Part shown: positions 9,779 through 19,413 of the stretch, one piece after another
Layout of the letters: each line of letters opens with the position of its first letter
How positions within the stretch are numbered: position 1 is the stretch's first letter
Source of the DNA: Deltaproteobacteria bacterium
GTDB lineage: Bacteria; Desulfobacterota; Binatia; HRBIN30; JACQVA1
Direction of reading: 5' to 3'
DNA length: 64,000 bases
Assembly (NCBI GenBank): GCA_016178705.1
Contig: JACOST010000028.1
Span: 4,951 to 68,950, forward strand
The notes under the pieces: generated by a model
Databases searched by the model: none
What the model was told of the DNA's origin: nothing
The model's input: only the letters and a program-made list of their open reading frames with translations
Program-made: the position numbers and the translations under genes

Positions 9779-10435
9779 TCAGCGATGACACGTCGAGCAA
9801 TTGGTCAGATGCGCGACTTCGATGTTGTAGGTCTTGAGCAACGCGAGCCCCTGCGTGATCTGGTCACTCGGCGGCTGCCAGTTCATGTCAAACACGTGCT
9901 CGCGCGGTCGCAGGTATTGTTCCGGATGGCGATGGCAGTCGAGGCACCACTCCATCTGCAGCGAGGTGGCTTGCCAGGTGAGGTTCATGCGATCGATGCG
10001 CCCGTGGCACGAGCCACAGCCGATGCCCTTCTGCACGTGAATGCTGTGATTGAAGTAGACGAAGTCGGGCAGGTCGTAGACCTTGGTCCACTGGATCGAC
10101 CGGTCGGTGCGAAAACTCGCGCGCACCGGTTCGAGCATCGGGCTGTCGACCCAGATTTGGGCGTGGCAGTTCATGCAGGTTTTCGTCGGCGGCACGCCGG
10201 CGTACGCGGTTCGTTCGACGGCGGTGTGGCAGTAACGGCAATCGATCCCGAGCTCGCCGGCATGATGGCGATGGCTGAACGGAATCGGTTGCTCGCGCGC
10301 GACCCCCGCCCGGGTGACGTAGCCCGAACGATTGATGAGCGCCAAGCCCCACAAACCACCGGCGATGACGAAGGCCGCCCCGAAGATGCTCAACCGCGAG
10401 AAGGTATTCGTACTCGGATGGAAGACCTGCGGCAT
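9779..10435 (-). CDS. actA: Alternative complex III pentaheme cytochrome c ActA
   Basis: N-terminal TM; QPIPFSH; five CxxCH motifs (CRYCH, CMNCH, CGSCH, CLDCH, CSTCH). Confidence 0.95.
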   Translation of the reverse strand: MPQVFHPSTNTFSRLSIFGAAFVIAGGLWGLALINRSGYVTRAGVAREQPIPFSHRHHAGELGIDCRYCHTAVERTAYAGVPPTKTCMNCHAQIWVDSPMLEPVRASFRTDRSIQWTKVYDLPDFVYFNHSIHVQKGIGCGSCHGRIDRMNLTWQATSLQMEWCLDCHRHPEQYLRPREHVFDMNWQPPSDQITQGLALLKTYNIEVAHLTNCSTCHR

Positions 10436-10568
10436 CCTGCCACCGTTGTGTTCGTGGAAAAGTGTTCGCCAAAAACTGCGGCAGCTCTATCAGGGTGCCG
10501 GGTCACCTGCCAAGCAGACGCGCGACTAAATCGCCTAACGACACTTGCAAGGGTGCCTTATCTGCTTC

Positions 10569-10696
10569 GTGTCGTGTCTCGCCAACGTCAGCAGCGTGCG
10601 ATCTTCTTCGAGGCGTAGGGGCGATGCATGCATCGCCCTCCGTGTGTCTTTGCGACGGTCACGTCCATTCGCGGGCGACGCATGCGTCGCCCCTAC
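10569..10696. repeat. About 125-bp REP-doublet element (family A), copy 1
   Basis: REPs at 10615-10638 and 10673-10696; flank and spacer similar to 15687-15813. Confidence 0.8.
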
Positions 10697-10771
10697 AGGG
10701 AACCGGGATCGCTTCGTCGCGATGCTCGCCTCGCTGTCGGCTTGACTTCGGCGCGCACCGTAGCGCACAGC

Positions 10772-12043
10772 ATGCCGATGGCAATGCAGCCGAGACCAGA
10801 GGCGGCGCCGCGTCATGTGGCGCTGGTGATGTCGGGCGGCGGGGCGCGCGGCGCATACGAAGCGGGGGTGCTCTCGTACTTGTTCGGCGATCTCGCGGCG
10901 CGACTCGGTCGGCCGATTCACTTCGACATCGTGACCGGCACAAGCGTGGGCGCCGTCCACGCCTGCTACGTCGCGGCGACGCAACAAGAGCCCGACGCGG
11001 GTACACGCCTGACGGAGATCTGGCGCTCGCTGTCGTTCGAACGCATTTTCGAAATCGGTGCCACCGACGTGTTCCGCGTGCCGTGGCGGCTATTGGGCTT
11101 CGGAGGGCTCGGCGACTGGCTGCCCGCAAGCGACGAGAGTGCGCCGAAGCGCTTGCCGGGCCTGTTTGACACCGAGTCGCTGGAAGCGCTGGTGCTCGGA
11201 CGCATCGACTGGGCGCAGCTGCGCCGCAACATCGACGAGGGTGCGCTCGAAGCGTTGGCGATCGCCGCGACCGAGGTGGCGACTGGACGCTCGGTGGTGT
11301 TTGTCGACAACCAGAGCCAGACCGTGCCGCGTTGGGCGCGCGATCCGTTCGTGATCGCCCGCGCGGCGCGCATCGACGCCGACTATGCGCTGGCATCGGC
11401 GGCGATCCCGCTGGTGTTCCCCGCCGTGCGCATCGACCGCACGTATTACTGCGACGGTGGGCTGCGCCTCAACACGCCCCTGTCGCCCGCGTTGCGCTTG
11501 GGTGCCGACCGCGTGTTGGTGATCGGCCTGCGCTACCCGCGCTCGCCCGCCGAGGAGGATCGCATCGCGCGGCGGCGCGCGGCGAACTATGCCAGCCCGA
11601 CGTATCTGGTCGGCAAAGCGCTCAACGCGCTGCTGCTCGATCGCATCGAGTACGATGTCGACCGCCTGCGCTTGTTCAACGCGATTCTCGACAGCGGTGT
11701 GCGCAGCTATGGCGCCGACTTTCTCGTCCGCATCAACGAGCCGATCATCGCGCAGCGCAACACGCCGTACCGCATCGTGCGCGATCTATTTCTGCGGCCG
11801 TCGAAAGACCTGGGCGCGATCGCCGGCGAGTGTCTGCGCCATCAGCCGCGTAGCCACGGCCTGCGCGATTGGCTCAGCCGCAACGTCGCCCGCTACGCCG
11901 CCCGCGGCGCGATGGCTGAAGCGGATCTGCTCTCGTACCTGTTCTTCGATCGCTGCTACGCCGAGCACCTGATCGATCTCGGGCGTCACGACGCCGAGCA
12001 GGCAGCGGATGAGTTGATCGAGTTTCTTTCGATTGCGGATTGA
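10772..12043 (+). CDS. Patatin-like phospholipase
   Basis: GGGARG, GTSVG nucleophile elbow, DGG motif. Confidence 0.92.
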   Translation: MPMAMQPRPEAAPRHVALVMSGGGARGAYEAGVLSYLFGDLAARLGRPIHFDIVTGTSVGAVHACYVAATQQEPDAGTRLTEIWRSLSFERIFEIGATDVFRVPWRLLGFGGLGDWLPASDESAPKRLPGLFDTESLEALVLGRIDWAQLRRNIDEGALEALAIAATEVATGRSVVFVDNQSQTVPRWARDPFVIARAARIDADYALASAAIPLVFPAVRIDRTYYCDGGLRLNTPLSPALRLGADRVLVIGLRYPRSPAEEDRIARRRAANYASPTYLVGKALNALLLDRIEYDVDRLRLFNAILDSGVRSYGADFLVRINEPIIAQRNTPYRIVRDLFLRPSKDLGAIAGECLRHQPRSHGLRDWLSRNVARYAARGAMAEADLLSYLFFDRCYAEHLIDLGRHDAEQAADELIEFLSIAD

Positions 12044-12063
12044 GGATTGCGGATTGCGGAATC
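12031..12063. repeat. Heptamer tandem repeat (GATTGCG)n
   Basis: gattgcggattgaggattgcggattgcggaatc; same family at 4780-4813 and 62155-62185. Confidence 0.8.
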
Positions 12064-12418
12064 AGGTCGCGCGCTGGAATAGGACGAGGAAGGCACCGTT
12101 GGGATCGGTGACCCCAGCCGTCCGGCCGTGCGTGCCCATGTCGCGGATAGCGGTGGTGCGGTGGCCGCTGGCACTCAGCTCGGCGAGCGCGGTGTCGAGA
12201 TCGGCGACCTCAAACACCGGTGTCGGTACGTTGAGCGGCGCGCCCATGCCTTCCTCGGCGCACGCAATGGCGAGCGAGACATCACCGGCCTGAAATTGAA
12301 TCCAGCGATCGCCATCACGGAACTGGAGCGGCAGGCCCAAGGTCTCGGCATAGAAGCGCGCCTGCGCCGCTGGGTCGGTGGTGGCGATGAACACCTGCCG
12401 CAGCTTCTTGATCTGCAT
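12062..12418 (-). CDS. VOC/glyoxalase family protein
   Basis: RFYAETLGL...FEVADLD...GRTAGVTDPNG. Confidence 0.85.
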   Translation of the reverse strand: MQIKKLRQVFIATTDPAAQARFYAETLGLPLQFRDGDRWIQFQAGDVSLAIACAEEGMGAPLNVPTPVFEVADLDTALAELSASGHRTTAIRDMGTHGRTAGVTDPNGAFLVLFQRAT

Positions 12419-12534
12419 GCGGCGTCCTTACCACGCCGCGAGCGAGATGGCACCGGGGGCCGTGCCCTCTTGAACGGAGCGCGTCCAACCAGTACGGAGC
12501 GGCTTGCGCCGGCGGGTATCAGGAGGACAGCAGC

Positions 12535-13683
12535 ATGCGACGGGACATCTTCAGCGCGGAGCACGAGTTGTTTCGCGATCAGTTCAAGCGCTTCGCCGAG
12601 AAGGAGATCGCGCCGAAAATCGAAGGCTGGAATGCGCGCGGCATGAGCGACCGCGAAACCTGGCGGCGCGCGGGCGTCGCAGGGTTTCTCGGCGCCAACG
12701 CGCCGGTCGAGTACGGCGGCGCCGGCGGCGACTTTCTCTACGATGCGATCGTGATGGAGGAGCTGGCGTGGCTGCGCGCGCACGCGATGATGATCTCGCT
12801 GCATTCGGACATCTGCATGCCGTACATTGCGACCTACGGTTCGGAAGCGCAGAAGCGCAAGTACCTTCCCGGTGCGATCAGCGGTGATCTCCTGCTCGGC
12901 ATCGCGATGACCGAACCCGGCACCGGCTCCGATCTCGCCAACGTGCAGACCAAAGCCATCCACCACGGCGATCACTACGTGCTCAACGGGTCGAAGACGT
13001 TCATCTCGAACGGCCAGATCGGCGACCTGTTCATCGTCGTGGCGAAAACCGATCCCGACGCCAAGCCCGCGCACAAGGGCATCAGCCTGCTGCTCGTCGA
13101 GGCCGACCGCCCGGGCTTCGTGCGCGGCCGCAAACTCGACAAGCTCGGCCTGCGCGGACAAGACACCAGTGAGTTGGCGTTCGAAGACTGCACCGTGCCG
13201 GCCGAGAACCTGCTCGGCAAAGCTGGGCAGGGCTTCAAGATGCTGATGGAGAAACTGCAGCAGGAACGGCTGTCGATCGCGGTGGCGTCGATCGTGTCGT
13301 GCCGCCGCGCGCTCGCCGACACCATCGACTACGTGAAACAACGGCGGGCCTTCGGCCGCGCGATCGCCTCGTTCCAGAACACGCAGTTCAAGCTCGCCGA
13401 GCTGGCAACCGAAGTCGAAATCGGCCAAGCCTTCGTCGACAAGTTGTTGGTAGCGCACGTGCGCGGCGAGGAGATCGTCACCGAAGTGAGCATGGCGAAG
13501 TGGTGGACCACGGATTTGCAGAAGCGCCTCACCAGCGAGTGCGTCCAGTTGCACGGCGGCTACGGCTTCATGCACGAATATCCGATCGCCACCGACTACG
13601 CCGATGCAGCAGTGCAAACGATCTATGCCGGCACCAACGAAATCATGAAGGTGATCATCGCGCGGCGAATGGGGCTCGAATAG
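12535..13683 (+). CDS. Acyl-CoA dehydrogenase
   Basis: IAMTEPGTGSDL, LNGSKTFISNG, QLHGGYG, IYAGTNEIMK; SD AGGAGG upstream. Confidence 0.95.
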   Translation: MRRDIFSAEHELFRDQFKRFAEKEIAPKIEGWNARGMSDRETWRRAGVAGFLGANAPVEYGGAGGDFLYDAIVMEELAWLRAHAMMISLHSDICMPYIATYGSEAQKRKYLPGAISGDLLLGIAMTEPGTGSDLANVQTKAIHHGDHYVLNGSKTFISNGQIGDLFIVVAKTDPDAKPAHKGISLLLVEADRPGFVRGRKLDKLGLRGQDTSELAFEDCTVPAENLLGKAGQGFKMLMEKLQQERLSIAVASIVSCRRALADTIDYVKQRRAFGRAIASFQNTQFKLAELATEVEIGQAFVDKLLVAHVRGEEIVTEVSMAKWWTTDLQKRLTSECVQLHGGYGFMHEYPIATDYADAAVQTIYAGTNEIMKVIIARRMGLE

Positions 13684-13781
13684 TAGGCAGTAGGCAGAAG
13701 GCAGAGGGCAGTAAGAAGGTGAAGGACGGACCAGCGGGGCAGGGCGGGGACTGCATACTGCCTACCGCCTACTGCCTACTA
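13681..13781. repeat. Inverted heptamer arrays (CAGTAGG)n ... (CCTACTG)n
   Basis: tagtaggcagtaggcagaaggcagagggcagtaag ... ctgcatactgcctaccgcctactgcctactac. Confidence 0.8.
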
Positions 13782-13786
13782 CGCGC

Positions 13787-14554
13787 ATGAAGATCGCGAC
13801 CTGGAACGTTAACTCACTGCGCGTGCGGCTGCCGCTGCTGATCGAGTGGCTCGCCACGGTGCAACCCGACGTGGTGGCTCTGCAGGAGACCAAACTCGTC
13901 GACGATGATTTCCCGGTCGCCGAAATCGAGGCGGCGGGCTATGACGCGGCGTTCGCGGGGCAGAAGACCTACAACGGCGTCGCGGTGCTCAGCCGCGGTG
14001 CGATCACCGACGTCGAACGCGATGTGCCCGGGCTCGACGACGTGCAGCGCCGCTTGCTGGCCGCGACCACCGGCGGCGTGCGGGTGATCAACGTGTACGT
14101 GCCGAACGGTGAGCACATCGGCTCAGACAAGTACGCCTACAAACTCGACTGGCTCGACAATCTGACGGCGTACGCCGCGGCGCAGCTTGGCGCTCATCCG
14201 CGTCTGGTGTTGCTCGGCGACTTCAACATCGCTCCGGAGGAGCGTGACGTGTACGATCCGAAAGAATTTCAGGGGCAGGTGCTGTTCAGCGAGCCCGAGC
14301 GCGCGGCTTTTCGCCGGCTCCTGGCGAGTGGACTCACCGACACGTTCCGCTTGTTCGAGCAGGCCGATCGCAGCTTCAGTTGGTGGGACTATCGAATGAA
14401 CGCGTTCAAGCGCAATCGCGGGTTGCGCATCGACCACGTCCTCGCCAGCTCGGCGCTGCGCGCCGCCTGTGTCGCCTGCCGCATCGACATCGAACCGCGC
14501 CGCCGCGAGCGGCCTTCGGATCATACGCCGGTGATGGCGGAGTTCGAAGGATGA
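13787..14554 (+). CDS. xth: Exodeoxyribonuclease III
   Basis: [42 protein letters not shown]. Confidence 0.97.
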   Translation: MKIATWNVNSLRVRLPLLIEWLATVQPDVVALQETKLVDDDFPVAEIEAAGYDAAFAGQKTYNGVAVLSRGAITDVERDVPGLDDVQRRLLAATTGGVRVINVYVPNGEHIGSDKYAYKLDWLDNLTAYAAAQLGAHPRLVLLGDFNIAPEERDVYDPKEFQGQVLFSEPERAAFRRLLASGLTDTFRLFEQADRSFSWWDYRMNAFKRNRGLRIDHVLASSALRAACVACRIDIEPRRRERPSDHTPVMAEFEG

Positions 14555-14577
14555 GCCGTCGAGCAGGAGTTGCTTAC

Positions 14578-14605
14578 AACGGATTGAACGGATTCAACGG
14601 ATTCC
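14578..14605. repeat. Nonamer tandem repeat (AACGGATTS)3
   Basis: aacggattgaacggattcaacggattcc. Confidence 0.7.
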
Positions 14606-14640
14606 GCTACGCATGAAATCGACAGGGAGGCCTTGGGCGT

Positions 14641-15108
14641 ATGAGCCAACATCCTCGACACTTTGACCGAATGACGGCGGCTGATCGTATCTTCAATCGT
14701 CTCTTCGGGGCACTTGTCGGACTCGGAGTCGGCCTGTCGCATAACTACTTACTGGAAGTACGTGGCCGGAAAACCGGGACCCTCTATTCAACCCCGATCG
14801 ATCTCTTGCGTCGAGAGAACCGACTCTTCTTGGTTGCGCCACGCGGATTCACGCAATGGGTCCGCAACGCGCTGGCGGCGGGCCGCGTGACGCTCAAGAA
14901 AGGTAGACAGCGGAACGAGTATCGTTTGCAGAATGTTGACGACGCGCAGAAACCGGAACTGCTCAAGGCGTATCTCGATCGCTTCAAACTGACCGTCCAG
15001 CGTTTCTTCCTCGTCCCAGCGGGCTCGCCGGTGGCGGGCTTCGTCCCCCTCATCGATCGCTACCCGGTATTCGAACTGGTGCGATCCGACGACACGCCGG
15101 GCCGATGA
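14641..15108 (+). CDS. Deazaflavin (F420)-dependent nitroreductase-like protein (Ddn family)
   Basis: LLEVRGRKTG..YSTP, QWVRN, YPVFEL. Confidence 0.8.
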   Translation: MSQHPRHFDRMTAADRIFNRLFGALVGLGVGLSHNYLLEVRGRKTGTLYSTPIDLLRRENRLFLVAPRGFTQWVRNALAAGRVTLKKGRQRNEYRLQNVDDAQKPELLKAYLDRFKLTVQRFFLVPAGSPVAGFVPLIDRYPVFELVRSDDTPGR

Positions 15109-15683
15109 AGACCGATCTCGCGAAACCGCGCTGCGGTTGGGCCACCCGCGATCCGCTCTACATCCGTTATCACGACGACGAGTGGGGCGTACCGGCGCAC
15201 GATGATCGGCGCTTGTTCGAATTTCTCATCCTCGAAGGCGCGCAGGCGGGATTGAGCTGGCTGACGATTCTCAAGAAGCGCGAGAACTATCGTCGCGCGC
15301 TGGCGCGCTTCGACGTAAAACGAGTGGCGACGTTCGGCGCAGCAGACGTGAAGCGTTTGCTCGCCGATGACGGCATCGTGCGCAACCGCCTGAAGATCGC
15401 AGCGACCATCGACAACGCGCGCGCGTTTCTCGCCGTGCGGAAGGAATATGGCAGCTTCGATCGCTTCGTGTGGTCGTTCACAGGCGGCCAGACGATTCAG
15501 AATCGCTGGCCGAGTCTGGCGCAAGTCCCCGCGCAGACCCCCGAGGCCGAGGCACTCAGCCGTGAGTTGAAGCGCCGCGGCTTTCGCTTCGTCGGTCCGA
15601 CGATCATGTACGCCTTCATGCAAGCGGTCGGGATGGTCAACGATCATGTCACGACGTGCTTCCGGCATCGGGAGTTGAGGTAG
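15105..15683 (+). CDS. tag: DNA-3-methyladenine glycosylase I
   Basis: RCGW...YHDDEWG, LEGAQAGLSW, FVGPT, GMVNDH..TC. Confidence 0.96.
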   Translation: MKTDLAKPRCGWATRDPLYIRYHDDEWGVPAHDDRRLFEFLILEGAQAGLSWLTILKKRENYRRALARFDVKRVATFGAADVKRLLADDGIVRNRLKIAATIDNARAFLAVRKEYGSFDRFVWSFTGGQTIQNRWPSLAQVPAQTPEAEALSRELKRRGFRFVGPTIMYAFMQAVGMVNDHVTTCFRHRELR

Positions 15684-15686
15684 GTA

Positions 15687-15813
15687 GTGTCCTGTCTCAC
15701 GAGCGTCAGTAGCATGCGATCTTCTCTGAAGCGTAGGGGCGATGCATGCATCGCCCTCCGGCTTCTCCGCAGTGGACACGTCAATTCGCGGGCGACGCAT
15801 GCGTCGCCCCTAC
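15687..15813. repeat. About 125-bp REP-doublet element (family A), copy 2
   Basis: REPs at 15733-15756 and 15790-15813; similar to 10569-10696. Confidence 0.8.
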
Positions 15814-15975
15814 GGGGAAGGGGCAATCCGATGGAAACATCATCGCAACCACGTTCATCGACAATCTGCACAGGGACAGGGAGCCAGCAATTCACCACTA
15901 ACCGCTAACTCGGGCCATAGCGCTATGAGCGAGACGCACCACTAGAGAAGAGAGCAATCAGACTCGGGTGAGGGA

Positions 15976-17226
15976 ATGAAGAGCACTCCAAACAGCACCG
16001 GCGCACTCCTCTCTGGCGTGCGCATCATCGAAAGCTCGTTGCTCGGGCCCGCCGCAGTCGGGATGAACCTCGCCGATCTCGGCGCGGACGTGATCAAAGT
16101 CGAGAACCCCGGCGGCGACTACGTTCGCAAGATGGCGTTCCCGACCATCGACGAGGTGTCGCTGCTGCATTGGCACCTCAACCGCGGAAAGCGCAGCATC
16201 GTGCTCGACCTGCGCAAGCCGGAAGCCGTCGAGGCATATCTCGATCTCGTGCGCGATGCCGACGCGGTGATCGAAGCGATGCGGCCGGGAGCGCTGGCGC
16301 GCCGCGGACTCACGTTTGAGCGGTTGCAGGCCGTCAATCCGAAGATCGTCTTCTGTTCGATCTCGGGGTACGGCATGACCGGGCCGTACAAGGACATGCC
16401 GAGTCACGGCATCGCTTACGACGCGTGGGCCGGTGTCGCGCGGCCGACCGTCGACGCGAACGGCTTCCCGACGATCCCGAGTTACACCGCCGTCGGCATC
16501 AATGCCGGGCCGCTCTATGCCGCACTCGGCATTCTCGCGGCGATCATTCGCGCGCGTGCGACGGGTCGTGGTTGTCGCTTCGAAGTGGCGCAGAGCGACG
16601 CCGCGGCCGCGTTCAATTGGAACGGAATCGAAGGCAACAAGGCGTACGAGCGACCCGAAGACGAAGTGACCGGCAACGACGGCGACGGCAAGGGGCCGCG
16701 CCGCCCCGTTGGTGACAACAGCATGACCGAGTCGGTGCGCTATCAGTACTATCGTTCGAAGGACGGCATGGTTCTCTTCATGGCCTCGGAACGCGAGTTT
16801 TGGAAAAACTTCTGCGAGGGCATCGGACGACCCGAACTGTTCGCGCACAACCCCGGCTCGAAGTATGCCGACCACGCGCGCGGCAATGTCGCGCTGCGGC
16901 GCGAGCTAGCCACGATTTTCGCCACCAAGACCACGGCCGAGTGGCTCGCATTCGGGCTCAAGGTGAACACGCCGGTAGCCCCGGTGAACGATGTGAAGTC
17001 GATCACGCGCGATCCGCAGTTCGTCGCGCGCCTGCCGTTTCGCCCGCATCAGCAGCACGGCACCGAGCTGATGCCGTCACCGATCAAGTTGCTCGACGAA
17101 GAGCTGCCGGTCCCGTCCAAGGCCGCGGCGGTGCCGGGACATGACACCGCCGCGGTCCTGGCCGATGTGCTCGGCTACGATGCCGCGCGCATCGCCGCGC
17201 TGCGCCGCGCCGGCGCGCTTGGCTGA
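15976..17226 (+). CDS. CaiB/BaiF family III CoA-transferase
   Basis: LADLGADVIKVENPGGD, NRGKRSIVLDL, ISGYGMTGPY. Confidence 0.92.
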   Translation: MKSTPNSTGALLSGVRIIESSLLGPAAVGMNLADLGADVIKVENPGGDYVRKMAFPTIDEVSLLHWHLNRGKRSIVLDLRKPEAVEAYLDLVRDADAVIEAMRPGALARRGLTFERLQAVNPKIVFCSISGYGMTGPYKDMPSHGIAYDAWAGVARPTVDANGFPTIPSYTAVGINAGPLYAALGILAAIIRARATGRGCRFEVAQSDAAAAFNWNGIEGNKAYERPEDEVTGNDGDGKGPRRPVGDNSMTESVRYQYYRSKDGMVLFMASEREFWKNFCEGIGRPELFAHNPGSKYADHARGNVALRRELATIFATKTTAEWLAFGLKVNTPVAPVNDVKSITRDPQFVARLPFRPHQQHGTELMPSPIKLLDEELPVPSKAAAVPGHDTAAVLADVLGYDAARIAALRRAGALG

Positions 17227-17243
17227 CCGCGGCGCCGCAGGCG

Positions 17244-17723
17244 ATGACGATGAGCGTGGGGATCTGCATCGCCAGCGACGCCGATCTTGCCGCACTGGTG
17301 CGGCTCGCCTCCGCTTTTCGCGATCACCTCGGACGCTCGACGCCGACGGAGGCTGAGTTTCGAGCGTCGATCGCGCAGCTACTACGCGATCGACAGAGTG
17401 AGTTCTTCCTCGCCCGCGATGGTGGAGGTGCCGACCTTGGCTATGTGCAAGCTCGCTACCGCCACTCCGCATGGACTTCGGGGCTCGATATGGAGATCGA
17501 GGACGTCTTCGTGCTCAGCGGCGCGCGTGGCGGCGGGTGCGGACGACAACTGGTTGAGTTCGCGATCGCCCGCGCCGTCGAGAAGCGGTGTCGCCTGATC
17601 GGGCTCAACACCAACGAACGCAACGCCGGTGCGCTCGCACTGTATCGATCACTGGGATTTGCTGCCGAGCGCGCGTTGTGGAACGGCGCTCGGCAGCTCT
17701 GGCTGGAAAAGTCTCTGGGCTGA
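17244..17723 (+). CDS. GNAT acetyltransferase
   Basis: IEDVFV...RGGGCGRQL, NAGALALYRSLGF. Confidence 0.85.
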   Translation: MTMSVGICIASDADLAALVRLASAFRDHLGRSTPTEAEFRASIAQLLRDRQSEFFLARDGGGADLGYVQARYRHSAWTSGLDMEIEDVFVLSGARGGGCGRQLVEFAIARAVEKRCRLIGLNTNERNAGALALYRSLGFAAERALWNGARQLWLEKSLG

Positions 17724-17744
17724 ATCGCGGGCGTTGACGGCTCA

Positions 17745-19304
17745 TCAGTTCAGGTCGAAGTCTGTCAGGCCATTGGTTCCCGGCACACCGGCGGGCGACG
17801 ACGCATCCGCTTTGGCGATGATGATCCCGCCGAAGAAACCCTGAAAGGGGAGCGCTCCATAGTACGCGAGTTGCTGGCCGTCGTGGCTGTACGCCGCCAT
17901 GCTGTTGGGCAGGATGATGGTGCCCGGCTGCGGGGTCTCGCCCGATCCATTGGGGTTGATGAACCAGATAAGCTGTCCCGTCGGCCGAGTGGACTGGAAC
18001 GCGATGCGCTGACCGTCCGCGCGCAACACCGGGAACTCATCGCGGAAGCTGTTGTTGGTCACGCGGGTGATGTTGGTTCCGTCGGGATTCATCAGATAGA
18101 TCTCCAGGTCCTCGGCCTTTGAGTCGTGCGCGATGTGGAGGGTCGAGGCGAACACGATGCGATTGCCAACCCAATGCGGCGAGTTAAATCGCTCGCCCGC
18201 GTCCGGCAGGATCGTCGTCGAGCCCGACCCGTCGGCGTTGATGACCTTGATCCGACCACGCCCCACGCCGTCGACAAAGACGATGCGATTGCCGTCAGGA
18301 CTCCACGACGGCTGTCCCACGTCGGACTCGTCCGGCGTCAGGTCGGCGCGTCCGGAGCCATCGGCGTTCATGGCAGAGATATGGTAGCGCAAGCCGCCGT
18401 TTTGGTCGCGCACACTTGCCGACCAGACGATGCGCATCCCGTTGGGACTCCATTCCGGATCGCGGTCGAACGCATCGGTGGTGTTGGTGAGATTGACCTT
18501 CCCCGATCCGTCGGTGTTGAGCAGCACGATATCGTTGACCAAGCCCGCATCGGGAGCGGCGCACACGAGGCGCTGGCCGCCCACAGTGCCGGTGGTCGGG
18601 GTGCGAGTTGGCGACGGTGTCGGCGTTGGGCTGGAATTGCTCACCGGTGTCGTAGGCGTGGCAGTGGCAGGCAGACGGGAATGCGTCGGCGTCGGCGTGC
18701 TGCCGTCCCCGGCCGCCACGGTTCCAGAAAAGGGCTGGCCGTTGATCGATATCATCAAGCTGCCACCACCCCCACCCAGGCCTGGCAATGTGCCGCTGAT
18801 GCTCACGTCGATGGTCCCGCCGTTGCCGTCGGGAATACTGCCGGTGACCGTGAAGACGCCGGTGTCCAAGTTGACGTCGCCGGTGATCGGACCGGAGGCG
18901 ATCACGGCCGACGCGCCGCCGAAGAAACCGGCCGCTGCCGCGTCGCGAATAGCGAACGTCCCGGTGACGCCTCCCGTACCGCCCACAGTCAGCGTCGCGG
19001 TGGCGCGGCGCCCATCGTTGAGCATTGCGGCGCCGAAGAACTGGCCAGTGAACGGACAGCTGTTTAGGGCGTTGTTCACGGCGACAATCAGCTCTTCAAC
19101 AGTCACTTCATTGTCGTGACCGGCATCGAACGACGGACACTGCTGCAGCGCCGTTGTGCCGAGCGCGATGTTGACGCCCAGCACCAACTCCTCGACGGTG
19201 ACCGCTCCATCGCTGCTGCAGTCGCCGTCGCATGCGCCCGAGGCCCAGGCACTCGGCTGCGCCAACGACATCGCCAGTATCACCGCAACAATCAGCTTCA
19301 ACAT
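17745..19304 (-). CDS. Secreted protein: dockerin/EF-hand-like N-terminus, beta-rich domain, Pro/Thr linker, TolB-like (PD40) beta-propeller
   Basis: Signal peptide; CDGDCSSDGAVTVEELVLGVNIALG..CPSFDAGHDNEVTVEELIVAVNNAL; PT repeats; WSPNG/WSPDG repeats; SD GGAGGAGG. Confidence 0.85.
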   Translation of the reverse strand: MLKLIVAVILAMSLAQPSAWASGACDGDCSSDGAVTVEELVLGVNIALGTTALQQCPSFDAGHDNEVTVEELIVAVNNALNSCPFTGQFFGAAMLNDGRRATATLTVGGTGGVTGTFAIRDAAAAGFFGGASAVIASGPITGDVNLDTGVFTVTGSIPDGNGGTIDVSISGTLPGLGGGGGSLMISINGQPFSGTVAAGDGSTPTPTHSRLPATATPTTPVSNSSPTPTPSPTRTPTTGTVGGQRLVCAAPDAGLVNDIVLLNTDGSGKVNLTNTTDAFDRDPEWSPNGMRIVWSASVRDQNGGLRYHISAMNADGSGRADLTPDESDVGQPSWSPDGNRIVFVDGVGRGRIKVINADGSGSTTILPDAGERFNSPHWVGNRIVFASTLHIAHDSKAEDLEIYLMNPDGTNITRVTNNSFRDEFPVLRADGQRIAFQSTRPTGQLIWFINPNGSGETPQPGTIILPNSMAAYSHDGQQLAYYGALPFQGFFGGIIIAKADASSPAGVPGTNGLTDFDLN

Positions 19305-19369
19305 CGCTGTTCCTCCTCCGCCCGTATCGGTCAGATCAATGGCTTCCGATGCAGAAGGCGTTCAAAGCG

Positions 19370-19402
19370 ACTGAACAGTGTTCAGTGGCGGGTGAACAGA
19401 TG
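19370..19402. promoter_or_regulatory. Candidate operator: ACTGAACA-G-TGTTCAGT plus downstream TGAAC
   Basis: Perfect 8-bp-arm palindrome 19370-19386, extra TGAAC at 19393; shared with 24197-24227. Confidence 0.65.
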
Positions 19403-19413
19403 CCGTTTGGTCG

